Source of the DNA: Octopus vulgaris
Taxonomy: Eukaryota
Length of the DNA stretch: 64,000 nucleotides
Assembly: GCA_951406725.2 (NCBI GenBank)
Contig: OX597821.1
Coordinates: 98,146,001 to 98,210,000 of the forward strand
Direction of reading: 5' to 3'
Below the pieces are notes generated by a model. That model was not told where the DNA came from and did not search any database. It saw only the letters and a program-made list of their open reading frames with translations. The position numbers were made by a program, and so were the translations under genes. Shown here one piece after another: positions 13,790 through 28,559 of the stretch (its first letter is position 1; each line of letters opens with the position of its first letter).

Positions 13790-16190
13790 GACAAAAAAGT
13801 TCCTGTAGTCGTAAAAAAGATTTTAATTTGAAATAACAAATTTAGCAGTATAAAATCTGCAATACCATTGTTCAATTTCCTGAAGAAATTGAAAATTGCT
13901 GAAAGGAGCCGGTTCTTGTCACAACATCAAAATCTGATGCAACCAATTCAAAGTGATTTTCAGAGATTACCTAAGCTCATTTTGTGAATATGAAAAACCT
14001 GGAACTAAATTACAGAAGGTGATATGATTAAAATAAGACTCATGAATGGCATGCAATCAGCTTCACTTCATGTAAAAATATTGTATTATGTGCAATCAAG
14101 TGATCCTAAATTTAATCCATTCACTAGCTTCAAATGATTTCTAAATTTCAGATGAATGAAACAAAAAAATAGAAACTAAGGGTGATCTTGATAATGCCAC
14201 TGCATCAATAAAAACAGATATAAATTTGATTCTAAATGTCACTTTTGTGAATATAATAAGCATGCACTATCAAAATAGCCTATATTTGGTAAAACTTGTT
14301 GGGGTGGAGTCATTTTCAAACTATATAAATCCACAAAAAAGTCAAGGAAATTGAAAATGAAAAATTTGCAACTACATATACAATTTGTATTTATAAAATT
14401 ACAATGACTAACATGAAAAAATAACAATCATGTTAAGATACAAGTTGACATTGAGAGTCAGCTTAACTGTAATATCTCAGAAATTCTTGATGGATTTGAA
14501 TAAACCAAAATTAATAAAGTGCTTGTTAATAAGCTTAAAGAATTACATGAATTGTTCGTCAAAATTTTTGGAAAACTTTACACTTTAATGAAAACTGATA
14601 AGAGCATAGATATTGTGAGGGTCATTACTGCTGAATGTAAAAAAATAATTCATGGCTTATTGGTATGGAAGTGATGAATATTGATAGTTCAACATTAATT
14701 CATGAGATTGCAGCTCCATGACAATTTAAGAGATTTAGAAGTTTAAAGGCTAATAATCTTCTCAAAGGAAATATCAGACCATAATATCTTGAGACAAAAC
14801 CATTGCCAATCACATAAAACCTTTAATCATAATGAAGTTGAGGAAACTAATTAACAATCTTTTAGAAGTCCTCTTGGAGGAAATGTATGGGTCTCTTCTT
14901 TAGCAGTTGTACAAAAGGCAAATGGAGATCTCAGAATATGTGAAGACCATAAAATAGGTGTAAATGAAAGAGTTTTTTCAGATTCTTATCCAACTTCAAA
15001 TACTAAATCAATATTTCATTCTCCTTCTGGCATGAATTATTTTGATAGGTTGTATTTAAATGTAGCACATCATCAGATAGAAATTTGCTCTGAAGCAAGA
15101 GAAATTGCTGTAATAAATACACCAATGAGCCTTTTAAGATGGACAAGTTTCCATACGGAATAAAAACAAATGTTTCAGAGAGCAACTGAATATGTTGTTG
15201 GAAATGACATTTATAATGCTATTATTTATTTAGATGAAGTATGTATTGCTACAAGAAATGTTTAAAATCTACATATCAAAGTAGATACTATCATATAAAG
15301 ATTGGAATGATCAGTTACGGGGATCAATTGAGCTAAGTCTATGTTAGAGATTGAAGAATTGTATTTTTTTGGATATAGACTGACAAAGAAAGATTTATCA
15401 CTAAATCCATTGTTTAGTCATGAGAATTATGGATACAAAACTGCCAAAGAACAAGAAACAATTAGAATTTTTTCTTAGACTTATTAATTGGGATAAAAAT
15501 ATTTATGGGAGATATTTATTATTCAGACCACATATCTTTGTCTGTATCATTTAGAACATGGTATACCATCTTCATGGTGAGTCTTACAGTTCAAGACTTT
15601 TGAGGATACATAACTGTTAATATGAAAATCATTATATGTGGCAAGCTGGCAAATTAACAACACCAGGCTAAATGCTTAGCAGCATTTAATCCATGTTTAA
15701 GATTTGAGTTCAAATTCTGCTGAGATCAACTTTACCTTTCAATTTTTCAGTACGAGTTGAACACTGTGATTGATGTAATCAACTTGCCCACTCTCAGGAA
15801 ATTGCTAGCCTTGAGCCAAAATTTGAAACCAATATCAAAATCAGTAGCCCAGATTTATGATATCACAAAAGAAGTTACCTTAACAACTGATGCAAATAAA
15901 ATGCAGTGTCATACATTATCCACAGCAGAAATAAGATAATTATTCAAAGGGAAACTTCATAATTTATATAATGTGTTCAAAAAGCATGTAATTTTCTGCT
16001 TGACCAAATATTTTAATTGTACTCAGATTATAGATAATATATTTTGGAGCACCAATTGTAGTTTACAATAAGTAACATTTGCATGTATGAGATAGGTTTC
16101 ACAAATAACAGCATTGGAGTATGAAATATATATACTTATCTGAAATGCAAGAAGTCAATGCATTATCACGGTTGGAATTTATTAATAATT
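13790..16190 (+). mobile_element. Gypsy/Ty3 LTR-retrotransposon internal relic (decayed pol)
   Basis: 14888 WVSSLAVVQKANGDLRICEDHKIGVNERVFSDSYP (RT N-terminal motifs), 15221 IIYLDEVCI (YxDD), ~15860 DITKEVTLTTDA (RNase H). Many stops and frameshifts, SINE inserted at ~15635-15835, LTRs not identified. Confidence 0.8.
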
Positions 16191-16689
16191 TTAGTTTGGA
16201 TGAATATATTCATGATAATGATCATTTTTTTATTACCCTGTTGCTCTCTACCACCACCTTTTTTTGTGTGTTGCCATCTATCACCTCTTCTTTTATGACC
16301 CACTGCCATTGACAATGAACAGTTCATGTTCACTGTTTACTACATTCACTTTCATCTCTAACCCTGTCACACTACTCTGACTCTCTTGCAAATCTACCCA
16401 CCCAGCCAATCTCAATAATCCTTATTCTCTCTTTAGCCACCTTCTTGCACTTGACACTTCCTTCTTTCTTTCCTGTTGAGGTAACCTCTACCTACAGCAA
16501 GATACCTATACCTCTATCATACTTTAGCCTCTCAACACCTAACACAAAGCCACCTTCCTCAATACTGCACCTCCGCTCCATCAAGGTATCTTATCTTGCA
16601 AGTTACTTGTGACTTCTCTAGTGCCAGTGCCATGAAACAAAGTACTAAAAGGAATGGACTTCAGTCTGGTTTTGTGTTGAAGAACTGGG

Positions 16690-17165
16690 GATGAACAACT
16701 GCACAGCTGTTGATTACAATAGCTATGTTCATAAAATATGAGTAAAGGACCTGCCCCACAACCCAGTTCAGATAGGTGGTCCTGAGGAGATTGTTGAGAT
16801 AGATGAAACAGTCTTCTCAAGTTATAAATACAACTGAAGAAGGATGCTTACTACCTGAGCAGTGGGTTTTCTGAGGAGTGTGTCATGAGACCAGACATGT
16901 TTTTCTTTACGCAGTGCCATGTCAGAATCATGACACTCTAGAGAAATGCATACGTCAGTCAGTTCTTCCAGGAACCACAATTTTCAGTGACTTGTGGAGG
17001 GTGTCTACTTTCACATTCCCAAAACTGATGGTTATAATTTTCAACAGAACAGTGAACCACAGCATTAAGTTCATTAATTTACAAGATGGTACCCACACAC
17101 AACAAATGAAAAAAGCACATAGGCCTGTGTAAAACAAGGGAATAAAAGATGCCGTGGGACCCACC
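16690..17165 (+). mobile_element. Merlin (IS1595/ISXO2-like DDE) transposase relic
   Basis: EIVEIDETVFS (16787), EQWVF-GVCHETR..FLYAVP..TLEKCIRQSVLPGTTIFSDLW, VNHS..F...GTHTQ: the characteristic Merlin motif order. Confidence 0.85.
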
Positions 17166-17404
17166 ATTCTAGAGTTGACTCAGTTTTCATCCAGATACTC
17201 ACAAAGTAAAAAATTGGACTCTGTAGTTCAAATCCCTCCATCACACCAAGGTCAACTTTGCCTTTCATCCTATCAATCTCTCTCCCTGGGTGTAAACAGG
17301 GATGAAATTCATCAGAAAAATGCCTGAGACACACCATATGCTAAAACAGTGACACTACAACACCATCAGAAATTAAGGGCCCAAGACAATACTATATGTC
17401 TTTC

Positions 17405-17452
<48 letters not shown>

Positions 17453-18760
17453 TGAGTGAGTGAATGAGAAAGAGAGAGAGAGAGAGTGTGTGTGTCTGTG
17501 TGTGTGTGAGGGACAGGGAGAGCACAAGATGAATGGAGAGAGACAGACTAAGAAAGGGAGAACAGTACATGTCAAGATTCAATAACCTGTTGCAATATAC
17601 TATAGAGAAACAAAATGGTAGAATATGCCAATCTAAATGAATTTTGGTACTTGGTTACATACCTTTTACTTCTGAACTTAAATAACAGTCATTGCCATTC
17701 ATTTTTCCAGGGTCAGTAATGATTAAAAATGGCTGTCATTGTGCTAATTTAAGAACTCCTTCCCTATAATACTTGATTAAGGCAGTTGACAGCCATCAGC
17801 CTTTACGTCTTCTTCCTATTCCATTAGAGAAAAAAAGAGAGGCAGAGGTGATGCTCTCAGTCACTAAGCATTTACTAAATGTGGAAGATTTCATTACACT
17901 GCTTGTCTGACCTCATAATACTATCCAAAGAAGGCTTAGGTGATCAGTGAGAGACACTTCTAACTGCTTAAAATGTGATAATAAAAAATACAGGTTTGTT
18001 TCCATAAGACCTAATTACAGTTAAAAGCTGTCCAGAACTTGCCACAAGTATTTCTAAAGCATCTGGCTCCAACAACATAGCAATAGTGATAATTATTATT
18101 ATTTACTAACACACTTTACAGTTTCAGCATACTTGGTTCGCTGGCAAGCATTCAGATTTGGTATGTAATATCAACATGCAAGCTATTTTATTTTAAGAAG
18201 TGAAAGTACAAATGTATATGTACGTTTTAATGTTGGGAGTTAATTTTAGGTTCACAAGTTCCACAAAACTGATAATAAGGGTGAGCAGAAATAAAGAGAA
18301 GAAAGAAAAAGGAAAAAGTGCAACAGAAATAAAAAGTATATGAAAGCTAAAAGAAGAGTTTGTTAAATGTTAGGATACACAAGATATCTGTGGACAGGAA
18401 AGAAGCAAGGAGCATTTATTTTGAAGAGTTTGAAGACAGCAACACATTGATTAAAGACAACCTACAGAAAACTTTAGACAATAGCTTCCTTAGATAGTAA
18501 AAGATGGTAGTGTGGGCAGAAAATGTAGATGTAGAAGATGGGGAAATGGAAGTGAAGATAACAGCTAACCATAGTATTAGATCAGAGGTATAATCAGGAA
18601 AAAAGTTAGATTGCCAGATATGCTGTATGAAAGAGTTCAGTATGCTGAAAATGGCACACAAGATAAAATAGGGTAAAACTAAATGTTCAGTGACGTTAAG
18701 GATAAAATGTGCAATGATAATTACTGGCTAGAGCCATCCACTCTGAATAGGAGAGAAAAG

Positions 18761-18792
<32 letters not shown>

Positions 18793-18942
18793 ACGCACAC
18801 ATACTCTGAGAAAAACTAAATGCAGGGAGCAGATAAATAATGCAATAAAGAAACATTAATAAATATCTTAACATTTTTTACCGTTTTATAACTTTTTCAT
18901 CAAGTTACCAAATGTGGAAGTATTCAGTCAAAATTATATTAT

Positions 18943-19120
18943 CAGGTTACCATGAGTAGAAATATTCTTTTGGGAAAAATTTATTTTATCAATTTACGTA
19001 AGTGGGAATGTTGTTTGGGGAAGAAATTATTTCATCAGGCCACCTTGAATGGGAGCATTCTTTGGGGAAAAATTTATTTCATCAGGTTACCATAACTGAG
19101 GGGATTCTTTTGAGAAAAGT
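18943..19120. repeat. Degenerate ~45-bp minisatellite, about 4 units
   Basis: CAGGTTACCAT....ATTCTTTTGGGAAAAATTTATTTCAT-like unit repeated. Confidence 0.65.
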
Positions 19121-19399
19121 TAGGACATTTGCATAATGTTGAAACTAGTGTCTGATGACAGTAGCTTTATATGCTAATAGGTTTGGAGATTGTACAGTCA
19201 TCTCAGTTAATGAGTCAAACAAATGTGCTATATTAACATGCAACATAATGTTTGTGCTTAATGCAGTTCAGCAGTCAAGACATGTTGCATATGGCTGACA
19301 GCAAAGTGGACTGAATCACCATGTAATCTAAATAACATAGCAAGAACAACTTATTGTTGTAAAAAGCTTGCAGTTTTAAGTTCATATTCTCTTTTGGGT

Positions 19400-19628
19400 T
19401 TGACCCTTTCATTACCAACCCGGCTGAAACCGGCTCTAGATCTTTAATATACATGTCTTGTTTTCATAAATTTTGAATTAAAATCTTCCACCAAATCTTA
19501 TTCACAATTTATGTTCCTAACACTAGCTTAATGATAACGAAGTTATTTTACTAAATTCTTTGTTATATTTAAAGTAATTCAAAGAAACACAGAGCATCTC
19601 TAAATAAATTCAGTAACGAAAGGCTTAA
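19400..19628. mobile_element. piggyBac-type MITE, second copy
   Basis: Colinear with 3751-3978, with TTGA/TTAA ends. An older related copy lies at about 21610-21782. Confidence 0.85.
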
Positions 19629-20198
19629 GCAAGTTATATGAAAACAAACTTTTCAATGACACAAACAAATATCATTATAAAGCATAAAGGGAAGGAATAA
19701 ACAGTTACTTGACCTGATAGAAATTGCAGCCAAATCACTTTCAAAACAAATGCTAATCATCTTAGGAAAAGAAGGACACATTGGGTAATATAATCATCGA
19801 TACACTATGTCTGAGTAAAAGTCAAGATGATCACAGCTGTTCACCTTTAATTGTATTACAGAGTGTCATCCACGGCACAGTATAACATTTATGGCTAACT
19901 TTAATCATAGTATCTATGTTTGAAACACTTGAAACCAGTTTCAACCAACCATAACAAGGTCTTCATACCCTAGCAAGAAAAGAAAGTATGATTTTTACTG
20001 CAATCCATTTACAATATTCAAAACTAATTGTAGCTACTGATGAGAGAGACTTGGAAATAATCATGAATTTCATTAAACAACATCAAAAAGCTAAGAAACA
20101 GAAAAGCAATGGAATGTATGGAAGGAATTAACAGACATTATGCCAGGAATGTAGCACAAGCAAATTTGAAGGCTCAGTCTTTGGTGACATGAGAGTGC

Positions 20199-20233
<35 letters not shown>

Positions 20234-22747
20234 GAAACAATACAATAAACATTCTCCAGAGTAGCAAAGGTTACTTAACTGTTAACCTCATCACTGTTGT
20301 TGTTGTTGTTATTTGAGAGGTTAATAGCCCAAAATAACCTTTGCAATTCAATGAAACAAAATACCTCATCACAAAAAAAAATTCAATGTAGAACATTTCA
20401 CAATAATTATAATGATGTTGATAAGAATAAGGACACTTGTAAGAAAGAAAAAAAAATTTATCAGTTACACAAAGCACTTTATGCAAAAGTAACCAAATTC
20501 TCATGGCTTACACATAAAAAGTTTGCAGCCATAAGACAGCAAACATTGGTAAAAATTTGCATGAGAAGATGCCTTTCTAAACATCTCTAAGACAAGAGTA
20601 CTTTCATAAACATTCCATAACAACACAACAAAATAGTAGACAAAAACATACTGGTCAGAGATTTAATGTAAAAAGAAAAATTACAGAATTATTCTACTAA
20701 ATTAGAGCTGCCACTCTTCAAAGATTATGTCCCATTAGCTGGTAATCCAATACTTTATCCATTTGATGGATTTTCCTCTTCATCTTCATTTTTTTTTAAG
20801 ACAACAAAGAACATATTGAAGAAAGAGAATGTAATTGCTACAGAGAGCAGATTAAACTTTGACTATACAATACACTCACTCACACATGAATACAGACACA
20901 AAAGCTAACATTCACAAATTCTCTCATATAAAGAAATAAAATAAAACAAACCAAAGTCAGCATAAAATACACAAATCATTGTAACTCTCTTCAAAGCTAA
21001 CACAGTATTCTATCTCAGGCCCATACTACAGACAATTTCTATCAATGTATCCTGAAATTTTAATCTACAGATTTTTTTCATCAGCAATCAACTACACCAT
21101 AGTGATACTCAAGTGGAACAAACTGGGGCTATTTAACATCAACAACAATATTTGAAAAATGAGGTCTTTATAACAATATTTGAAAAATGAGGTCTTTATG
21201 TTAGAAGGAGTAGTGTGACAGATTGTGTGATGCCTATCCATATTTAGTTATACCCCTTTATGATCTGTGTTCAAATTCCACCATAATCAACTTTGCCTAC
21301 CATCTTTCCAGAATTAATATAATACCACTCAAATACTAGGGACAATTAAATCATCCATGAGGTTTTGTGCCAAAATTAGACATTATTTTTAGCACTGTTG
21401 CATCAATGATGTCTGGCTCTTTAGATCTGTGTTTTCTTTGTGACAAATTCCAAGCAATAAAATCTTAATTCTCTTTCAAGAGTTTCTGTAATCAAAACTG
21501 GGGTCGCACAATATAAATAAATTACAACTTTCAGGATTTTTAATGTCAAATATATAGACAGTCTTTACCTGTGAGAGGTGTCAACCAAATAAACTATAGT
21601 AAATCAGTGTTAACATTTAGCTCTCTTGATACTAACCTGCCTGGGACTGCTTTGGTCCTATGATACAAACTTCCAGTCTTAAAATGATTTACTGACAAAG
21701 TTAATTTACTAAATTCCTCATAATTTTCAAAACTAATTGCAACAAAGACATATTTCAACAGAAATTTTGAAAAAGAGTTAATGCAGGGAGCAATAAAAAG
21801 TAAACTGTTTGAAAATTATTTGTTTTCCCAATAAGTACTGGAAATAATTCTGGACATATTTAAGTCTTATTCTGACTTCATTAGCAAAATATAACCTTCA
21901 CTGTACTTGCCAAAATATTGATGAAAGAATCATCATCATCATCATCGTTTAATCTCTAAGTAAATGTACAAGATTGTACGGTTTGAGTAGCTATTTTCAG
22001 TGGACTTATAGAAATTCGTGTTTGTGATAGGTAACATCCCCTGAAGACAAAATAAATCTTCTACTCCAGTAGAAAAAGCTGTTGTTGATGTCATTATGAA
22101 TGAGTAGACTCATATTAAAGTTAACTGTGACCATACCATCTTTTTAGAGCAATATCTGAGACAACATTAACTAATGTGTCCTTTCCTTATTTAAGACAGA
22201 AGGGTGTAACTTGAGGAAGATTTAGCTGACATTTTTAGTGGTTAAACGACCACATAAATATATTACAAAATGGAAGGTCTTATCTAGTTACTTTCCAGTT
22301 GCTTTGACATGCTAATTAAACCACTTAAAGAGCAAGATAATCAAATAGCTGTTGTTTTTTATAACACCCACAGATATGAGTTTATACCTGCTATTAGTAA
22401 ATGTGGGTGCATGTAGAGGTAGGATGGTCTTCTGAATATCATTGGGACAAATACTTTTAGACCTATACATTCTTTTTACCACTCCCAAGGGTGTTTAGTC
22501 AGTACAGTATTTCCCAAAGAGACATAAGAATAAGCTGAATCATATTCCCTTGCTTAAGGGTAAGACAAGGAAAAAAAATTGTTTTAATAATTATACAAGT
22601 TTTGAAATCATACAGTTGTCTCTTTATATAGGTTTTGTACCATCAAAACATACATAAAGTATAAATTAAATAATTAATCACTCATTTTCCTATTGTTATT
22701 CAATCATTACATACATAAATATATATCGTATGGCTGAGTGGCTTTTA

Positions 22748-22922
22748 TATCATCATTATCGTTTAGCATCCGCTTTCCATGCTAGCATGGGTTGGACGGT
22801 TCAACTGGGGGTCTGGGAAGCCAGAAGGCTGCACCAGGCCCAGTCTGATCTGGCAGTGTTTCTACGGCTGGATGCCCTTCCTAATGCCAACCACTCCATG
22901 AGTGTAGTGGGTGCTTTTTACG
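22748..22922 (-). mobile_element. RTE-tail repeat (family B)
   Basis: (CAT)nCGTTTAGC..CCATGCTAGCATGGGTTGGACGG..GGATGCCCTTCCTAA. Other copies at 35272-35460, 38229-38364, 41523-41829, 53268-53432, 54183-54488, 55087-55351 and 57349-57665. Confidence 0.85.
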
Positions 22923-22924
22923 AA

Positions 22925-23262
22925 GGTAGGTATGACTGTTTGGTTAAGAAGCTTGCTTCCCAGCCATGTGGTCTTGGATTCAGTCCCACTACTCAGCACC
23001 TTTGGCCAACCAAAGCCTTGAGAGTGAATTTGGTAGATGGAAACTGGGAGAAACCCATCATGTGTGTGTGTGTAAATATCTATGTGCTTGTGTTGTGTTT
23101 ACATCCCCCGTAACTTAGTGGTTGTGAAAAAGAGACCGATAGAATAGGTACCAGGCTTTTAAAAAATATGCACTGGGGTCAATAAATTCAACATAAAATT
23201 CTTCAAGGTAGTGTCCCAGCATGGCCACAGTCTAATGACTGGAACAAGCAAAAGATAAAAGA
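22925..23262 (+). mobile_element. SINE family A, older copy
   Basis: Colinear with 29941-30339 but more diverged. Confidence 0.8.
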
Positions 23263-23278
23263 AACATATATACACAAA

Positions 23279-24126
23279 CAGAGGGTGTTTGGGCTAAATT
23301 TGACAATTTTTTACATCTTTTTTTCAGTAACAGCTTTATGTACTGGTGAACAGTCAATGGTGCTGGAGAGCATAAAGATTATTGTGGTTGAGAAAAAGTT
23401 AGCTGACATTGTGGACTGGAAGCCATCTGAATATTGGGAAAGAGTTATCTGTATCCTGATGATTTGCACTGAGTATCAAAATGCTGACGTCATGACAGCT
23501 GCTCAATGCTATGTACACTGTAAAGGCTGTAAACTGTGACACAGACATCATGAAAACCAAGCTCTCCCAAACTCTGATGGTCTTTGGGTGCATTGCCAAA
23601 GGGTGACATCATTCTGCCCCAAATCTTTCAACAAGACCTTAGGCTCAATTTGAACAGCTATGTGAAGCTCCAACAGACTGTGGTCAAACTCTGACAGGAG
23701 AAGGTTCCTGTTAAGGGTCATGTGTGACAGCAGGGTTCAGCTCTTTGCTTTACCTCCAGAAAGAGTCAAAAGTGATCATTAGAAAATTTCTATGACTTCA
23801 CCAACCCCAATTTCCTGATTCCCTGATTGTAATTCCATAGGGTGCAATTGAAAAAGACACCAACCACTTTGCCTGCAACACCAAAAGCAAACTGCTGGCC
23901 AAAATCAAGATGTTCAATGATTTTCCCAGGGACACAATAAGGAATGCATGCACCAGGTCCCAGAGCTGTCTTGAGGTCATGATGGAAGCTGAGGGCAGCT
24001 AGTTTGAGTCAACTCATCTTCCGCCCATAACACTGTTGATTTTTTTTAAATACTTTTATTTCTAGATGAGATAATGTGTTTTCTTTCTTTTATGCAAACT
24101 ATCGAATTTAACCAGAACACCTTGTA
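23279..24126 (+). mobile_element. Decayed Tc1/mariner-superfamily transposon (maT/DD37D-like)
   Basis: Imperfect TIRs AGGGTGTTTGGGCTAAATTTGACAATTT / AAACTATCGAATTTAACCAGAACACCTTGTA. Residual LMVFGCI, PDCN and RNACTR..CLEVMMEAEG motifs. Confidence 0.65.
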
Positions 24127-27039
24127 TATATGATGATTGTATATGACTAAACTGCTTTTTTATTTTTTTTATTTTCATAGTTTAGAAGTTATGTCATCAA
24201 CAAGAACATAACTACTATTTATGATAATCTTTCTATATGACTAACCTTTCACTTGATGATGAGACATTTAGAAGCAATTGACTCATTGTTAAGGTAATCC
24301 TGTATACACACACATGTATATTCAAGGAGATACAAGCACTTCACACACACATATAAACACAAGAAGTTCTGCCTTTCAAATTCAATCACAAAGGCTTCAG
24401 TCGGCCCAAGGCTATGGCAGAAGACACTCAAGGTGCCACACAATGGGACTGAACCTAAAACCTTGTTAAGAAAAAAGCTTCCTAACCACACAGCCGAATA
24501 TACACACACACACCCACACACATGCATGCACATATCATCATCATCATCATCATCGTTTAACATCCACCTTCCAGGCTGGCATTGGTTGGACAGTTTGACA
24601 GGAGCTGGTCAAGCAGAAGACTGCACAGATTTCTGTGCTTGTTTTGACACAGTTTTTACAGCTGAATGCCCTTCCTAACACCAACTACCCAGCAGAGTGG
24701 ACTGGGTGCTTTTTACATGGCACAAGCACAGATAAAATCAGTTTTGGTATGTTTTATACAGTTGGATGCCCTTCCAAATGCCAACCACTTTACAATATGG
24801 ACTGGATGCTTTTTACATGGCACCAGTACTGGCAGAGTCATCAAGTAACTTGCAAGACAAAGATCCTTTGAAAGTGTAGGGGGCATTGGAGGAGGTAATC
24901 TTGTGTCAAGTTATAGTGAGACAAAGAGACAGAAACAGGTATCTTGCTGGAGAGGGGTTACATGGTAACCCAGCCAGAGAGAGAGAGATTGTGATAAATT
25001 GGTGCAGGTATGCCTGTGAGGTAAAGAAGTTTGCTTCTTGTCAACATGGTTTGGGAATCAGTGCCACTGTGTGGGCCAACCAGATTCATGTGAGTGGCTT
25101 TGGTAGACTGACACTGAAAGAAAACCATCACATATACATACATCTTCATCATCCTTTAACATCCAGTGTGTGTGTGTGTCTCTCAGTTCATTTATGGGAA
25201 ACGTTTTTGAGTGCTATATTTTCTGGCTACTGCTTATTATCACCATCTTTCAGAGTAATTTTATAGGATGGTTATTGGTCTGGTGCTGCTATAGCATAGG
25301 ATAAATATAGTATTAATGAGAACTTAAGGGTGGAAATTCATAAATACTTTAATGCATTGCAACATGTGTGTGTATATATAGATATATATAGATATGTGTG
25401 TGTGTGTGTGTTATGCCAAAAGGCAGAGTCAATAGTCATCCAACATTTTGTACACCTGTATAGATTGTTCTATATGTTATCTTAACACATCTTTATATTC
25501 TTCTATACTCCTTTTTCTCATATATTTAATATTCTCTGAGTATGTTTGTGTACTTTATATATATATATATATAAATATATGATTCTTGTATATTTTCTAT
25601 ATTTTGTAATTTTATATTCTAACTTAGTCAACTAGCGGTTTACTCTTCAGTTCTATCTGGATTTCAGAAATCAGGGATGGGAGTGCTCAGTAAAATAGAT
25701 AGTGCTGTGTGAAATGATGAACTTTTGATGAATCACTTAGATGGCAGTTCTACCTGAACTTTAGGAACCAGGGTGCCACGTGTGCTGAAGTCAAAGGAAG
25801 AGCTCCTAGCCTCTCCACAACAACGACCATTGTACGTGATTTCTAAGATTACATCCTGTTTCTAACTGAACATAGCAGAACTAGCAGAGTAAGCTCTGAT
25901 AACAAATCCTGCTTTTCTATGGGTAACAGCAACTCTAGAGACATGTGTCAACAGATTAGCATTACGATAAAGAGTATTGTGATCTCCAAGAGGAACTTTA
26001 TTGACAACTGGACAGCACATCTGTTTAAGTAATGCTGAACACCATGGTAAGAGGGAAAGCTCAGAAAAACCTGGGAATGTTGTAAATAACAGTCATTTCA
26101 TATATTTGTGTCATTGGTAAGTTTTGCAACATTCAAAAAGTAAATATGGAACTGTGCAAGCCTTAGGCACTCAAAATGTACTCATGCACAAGTTAACTTG
26201 GAAATAAATGACTACCATCAGAAAAATGATCTGTTGTTCTTGAAAGTCTAATACTGATAGAGGAGTAGTGACATATACAGGCTAAACAGACTAGAAGAGT
26301 GTAGTTGCAAACTTGCACGTTGGTGGTCCAGTGTGTATTATAATATTGTTTTGAAAGTCAAAGGATGTGCTGACAGCAACATCATACTCAAAGACAAGTT
26401 GACAAAGACAACTAATATGTATGTGTATGTTGCTTTGTCTTGGCACTGCAAGATAGTGTAAATAAGAGTTACTGTCATACAAGCAGTGTCATTCATTTCT
26501 AATATTTTGCAAAATCATATCTGGCCATGGGGAAACATTACCTTGCTTGGAAACAGGTAATGATTGGCAACAGAAAGGACACCCAGTCATAGAAAATCTG
26601 CCTCAATAAACTCCATTTGACCCATGCAAGCATGGAAAAATGAACATTAAAATGGTAATGTTATACATACACATATACAAACATATATAAATATATACAC
26701 ACACATATCATCTTATCATTATCATAATCCTTTTAACATCTGCTTTCCATGCTGGCATGGGTTAGATGCATCAGCGTGAAGGAGGAGTGGTGGAACAGGT
26801 CTCATTTGTGTATTTGACATGTGGTTTAGTTTCTACAGCTAGATGCCCTTCCTAACATCAACCGCTTTACAATGTACTGAGTCAGTTTATTGTCGTAACA
26901 GCACTGGGGAAGTTGCCTTCTACTCAATAAAATTAATTATAGTTGTATGAATCAGATCCAAGAATTTTTTTATTTACATTTATCTTAACATTAAGAGGAA
27001 AGGTGAGTGCAAGCCATATGATCTCTCTGAGCCTATTCC

Positions 27040-27960
27040 AGGACTAGGATGATGGGGTATGCAGGATGAATGAAAGTTTTCACCTCAAAGCCACTATCTG
27101 CTAATAGCAAGAGGCCAACTTATCAAAAATATCTTCAGCAGAGGAAAGGCTAGAAATTATCCTATTTATATATTAGAATTGAGGTTTCTAAATACAATGG
27201 TGGGAAAGTGGAAAGAACTGCTTGTTTTTTAAGTTTATCATTTGATTTATGAAAGGGTTTGTATCACATTCCAGGTCTAGAGTTGCTAGGTTAAGTAGCT
27301 ACTACAATTGTAAGTACCAGGCTGTTGAAAACAGTCAAGAGATTTTCTGTAATATTATCTGGTGTGTGGCCATCAAAGTTGTGTGATATGGATAATCCAT
27401 CATCTCAGTACCATCCACTACTGAAATTAGAGAATTTAGTGTTACCTACAAAGAGGGTGACATGATCACATAAGCCAGTGCTGTCATAAAAGCCCATTGA
27501 TATGTCAGATAGATGTGTAGGTTCTGATTTCTTGAGCCAGGTTGACTCTTTATCAAAGAGTAGAGGTTTTGTATGTATGCATAATTATCTCAATATCATT
27601 TTCATTAATACTGACATATCTCCAAATTAATACCATGGACTTAACTAGCAGGGATCTAGATAACTAGAAGTGGAAGCTTGCACTATCAAATTGTGTTAAT
27701 CTACCCCAAGTCTTACCCATAATGTCTCTGAACCAGTTGAAAGCTGTGTTACTGTTATCTTCCTAATTTTGTTGATATTCTCTAGTATCTTTTTGTTCAT
27801 TAATCTCATCTCTATCTTAACTAGTTCTATTAACTAAGTTTGTTAGTGAAGTGTATTTTGTGATCTTTTAAAGTTATAAACACTTTCTTCACACTCTAGT
27901 CTATGAAACTAGCTTCTCTGTTGAATGCTATCTTAAACGCTTATTGCTAGTTCTTGGCGG
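27040..27960 (-). mobile_element. Penelope-like element reverse transcriptase relic
   Basis: Minus strand KVFITLKDHKIHF (~27880), INENDIEIIMH..LFDKESTWLKK..DISMGFYDSTGLCD, and GWY*DDGL. These match PLE motifs AFITLKDHKxNF, FDVTMGSYDGAEVC and GLYRDDGL. Confidence 0.8.
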
Positions 27961-28384
27961 GGAGGGGCTTATATTATTTAAGTCATCATGTTATAATTTT
28001 TTATGCTTGTCACTGTCTATTTCATATGTTATTAGTTTTATCTAACGAAAAAACATATTTCTGGAGGTTTTAATCAAATTCATGTCTTTAGTAAAGTTCA
28101 TTTTAAAAAATTCGAGTAATTACAAAGACACATTCATTATTATAACTCAGAGGTTCACAGAAAACTATAATGTAGCCTGAAAGAGAATATTTCTTAGTAT
28201 TTACATCTTAGTGTTCTGTTGCAGAGGCCATATGGCATAAAAAAAACAGAGGACCTTCAAATGCATATCCCTTTCTAGATCCTCTTCTTTTCCAGGCAGT
28301 AGCTTAGTTTAATCTACAGTGGTGCTATATTACTTGAATCCTCTATACTGGTAACAAAACATGTGGGTGTGGCATGCATGCATG

Positions 28385-28415
<31 letters not shown>

Positions 28416-28559
28416 ACACACAGGAAAGAATTCCAAACACTCTTTACCGCCACAAACCAGAAAGAGAATATATGTATCTTCTATCTTCATGTGAAAAATC
28501 TAATGTAGGTAAAAAAAATTCCTGGCCCTCCTAGGTAAATTTGTTATCACAAAATTAGA

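Noticed and set aside
18943-19120. CRISPR-like repeat-spacer array (also 9800-10460)
   Set aside because: Units are degenerate along their whole length with no unique spacers and no cas genes, in a eukaryotic context.
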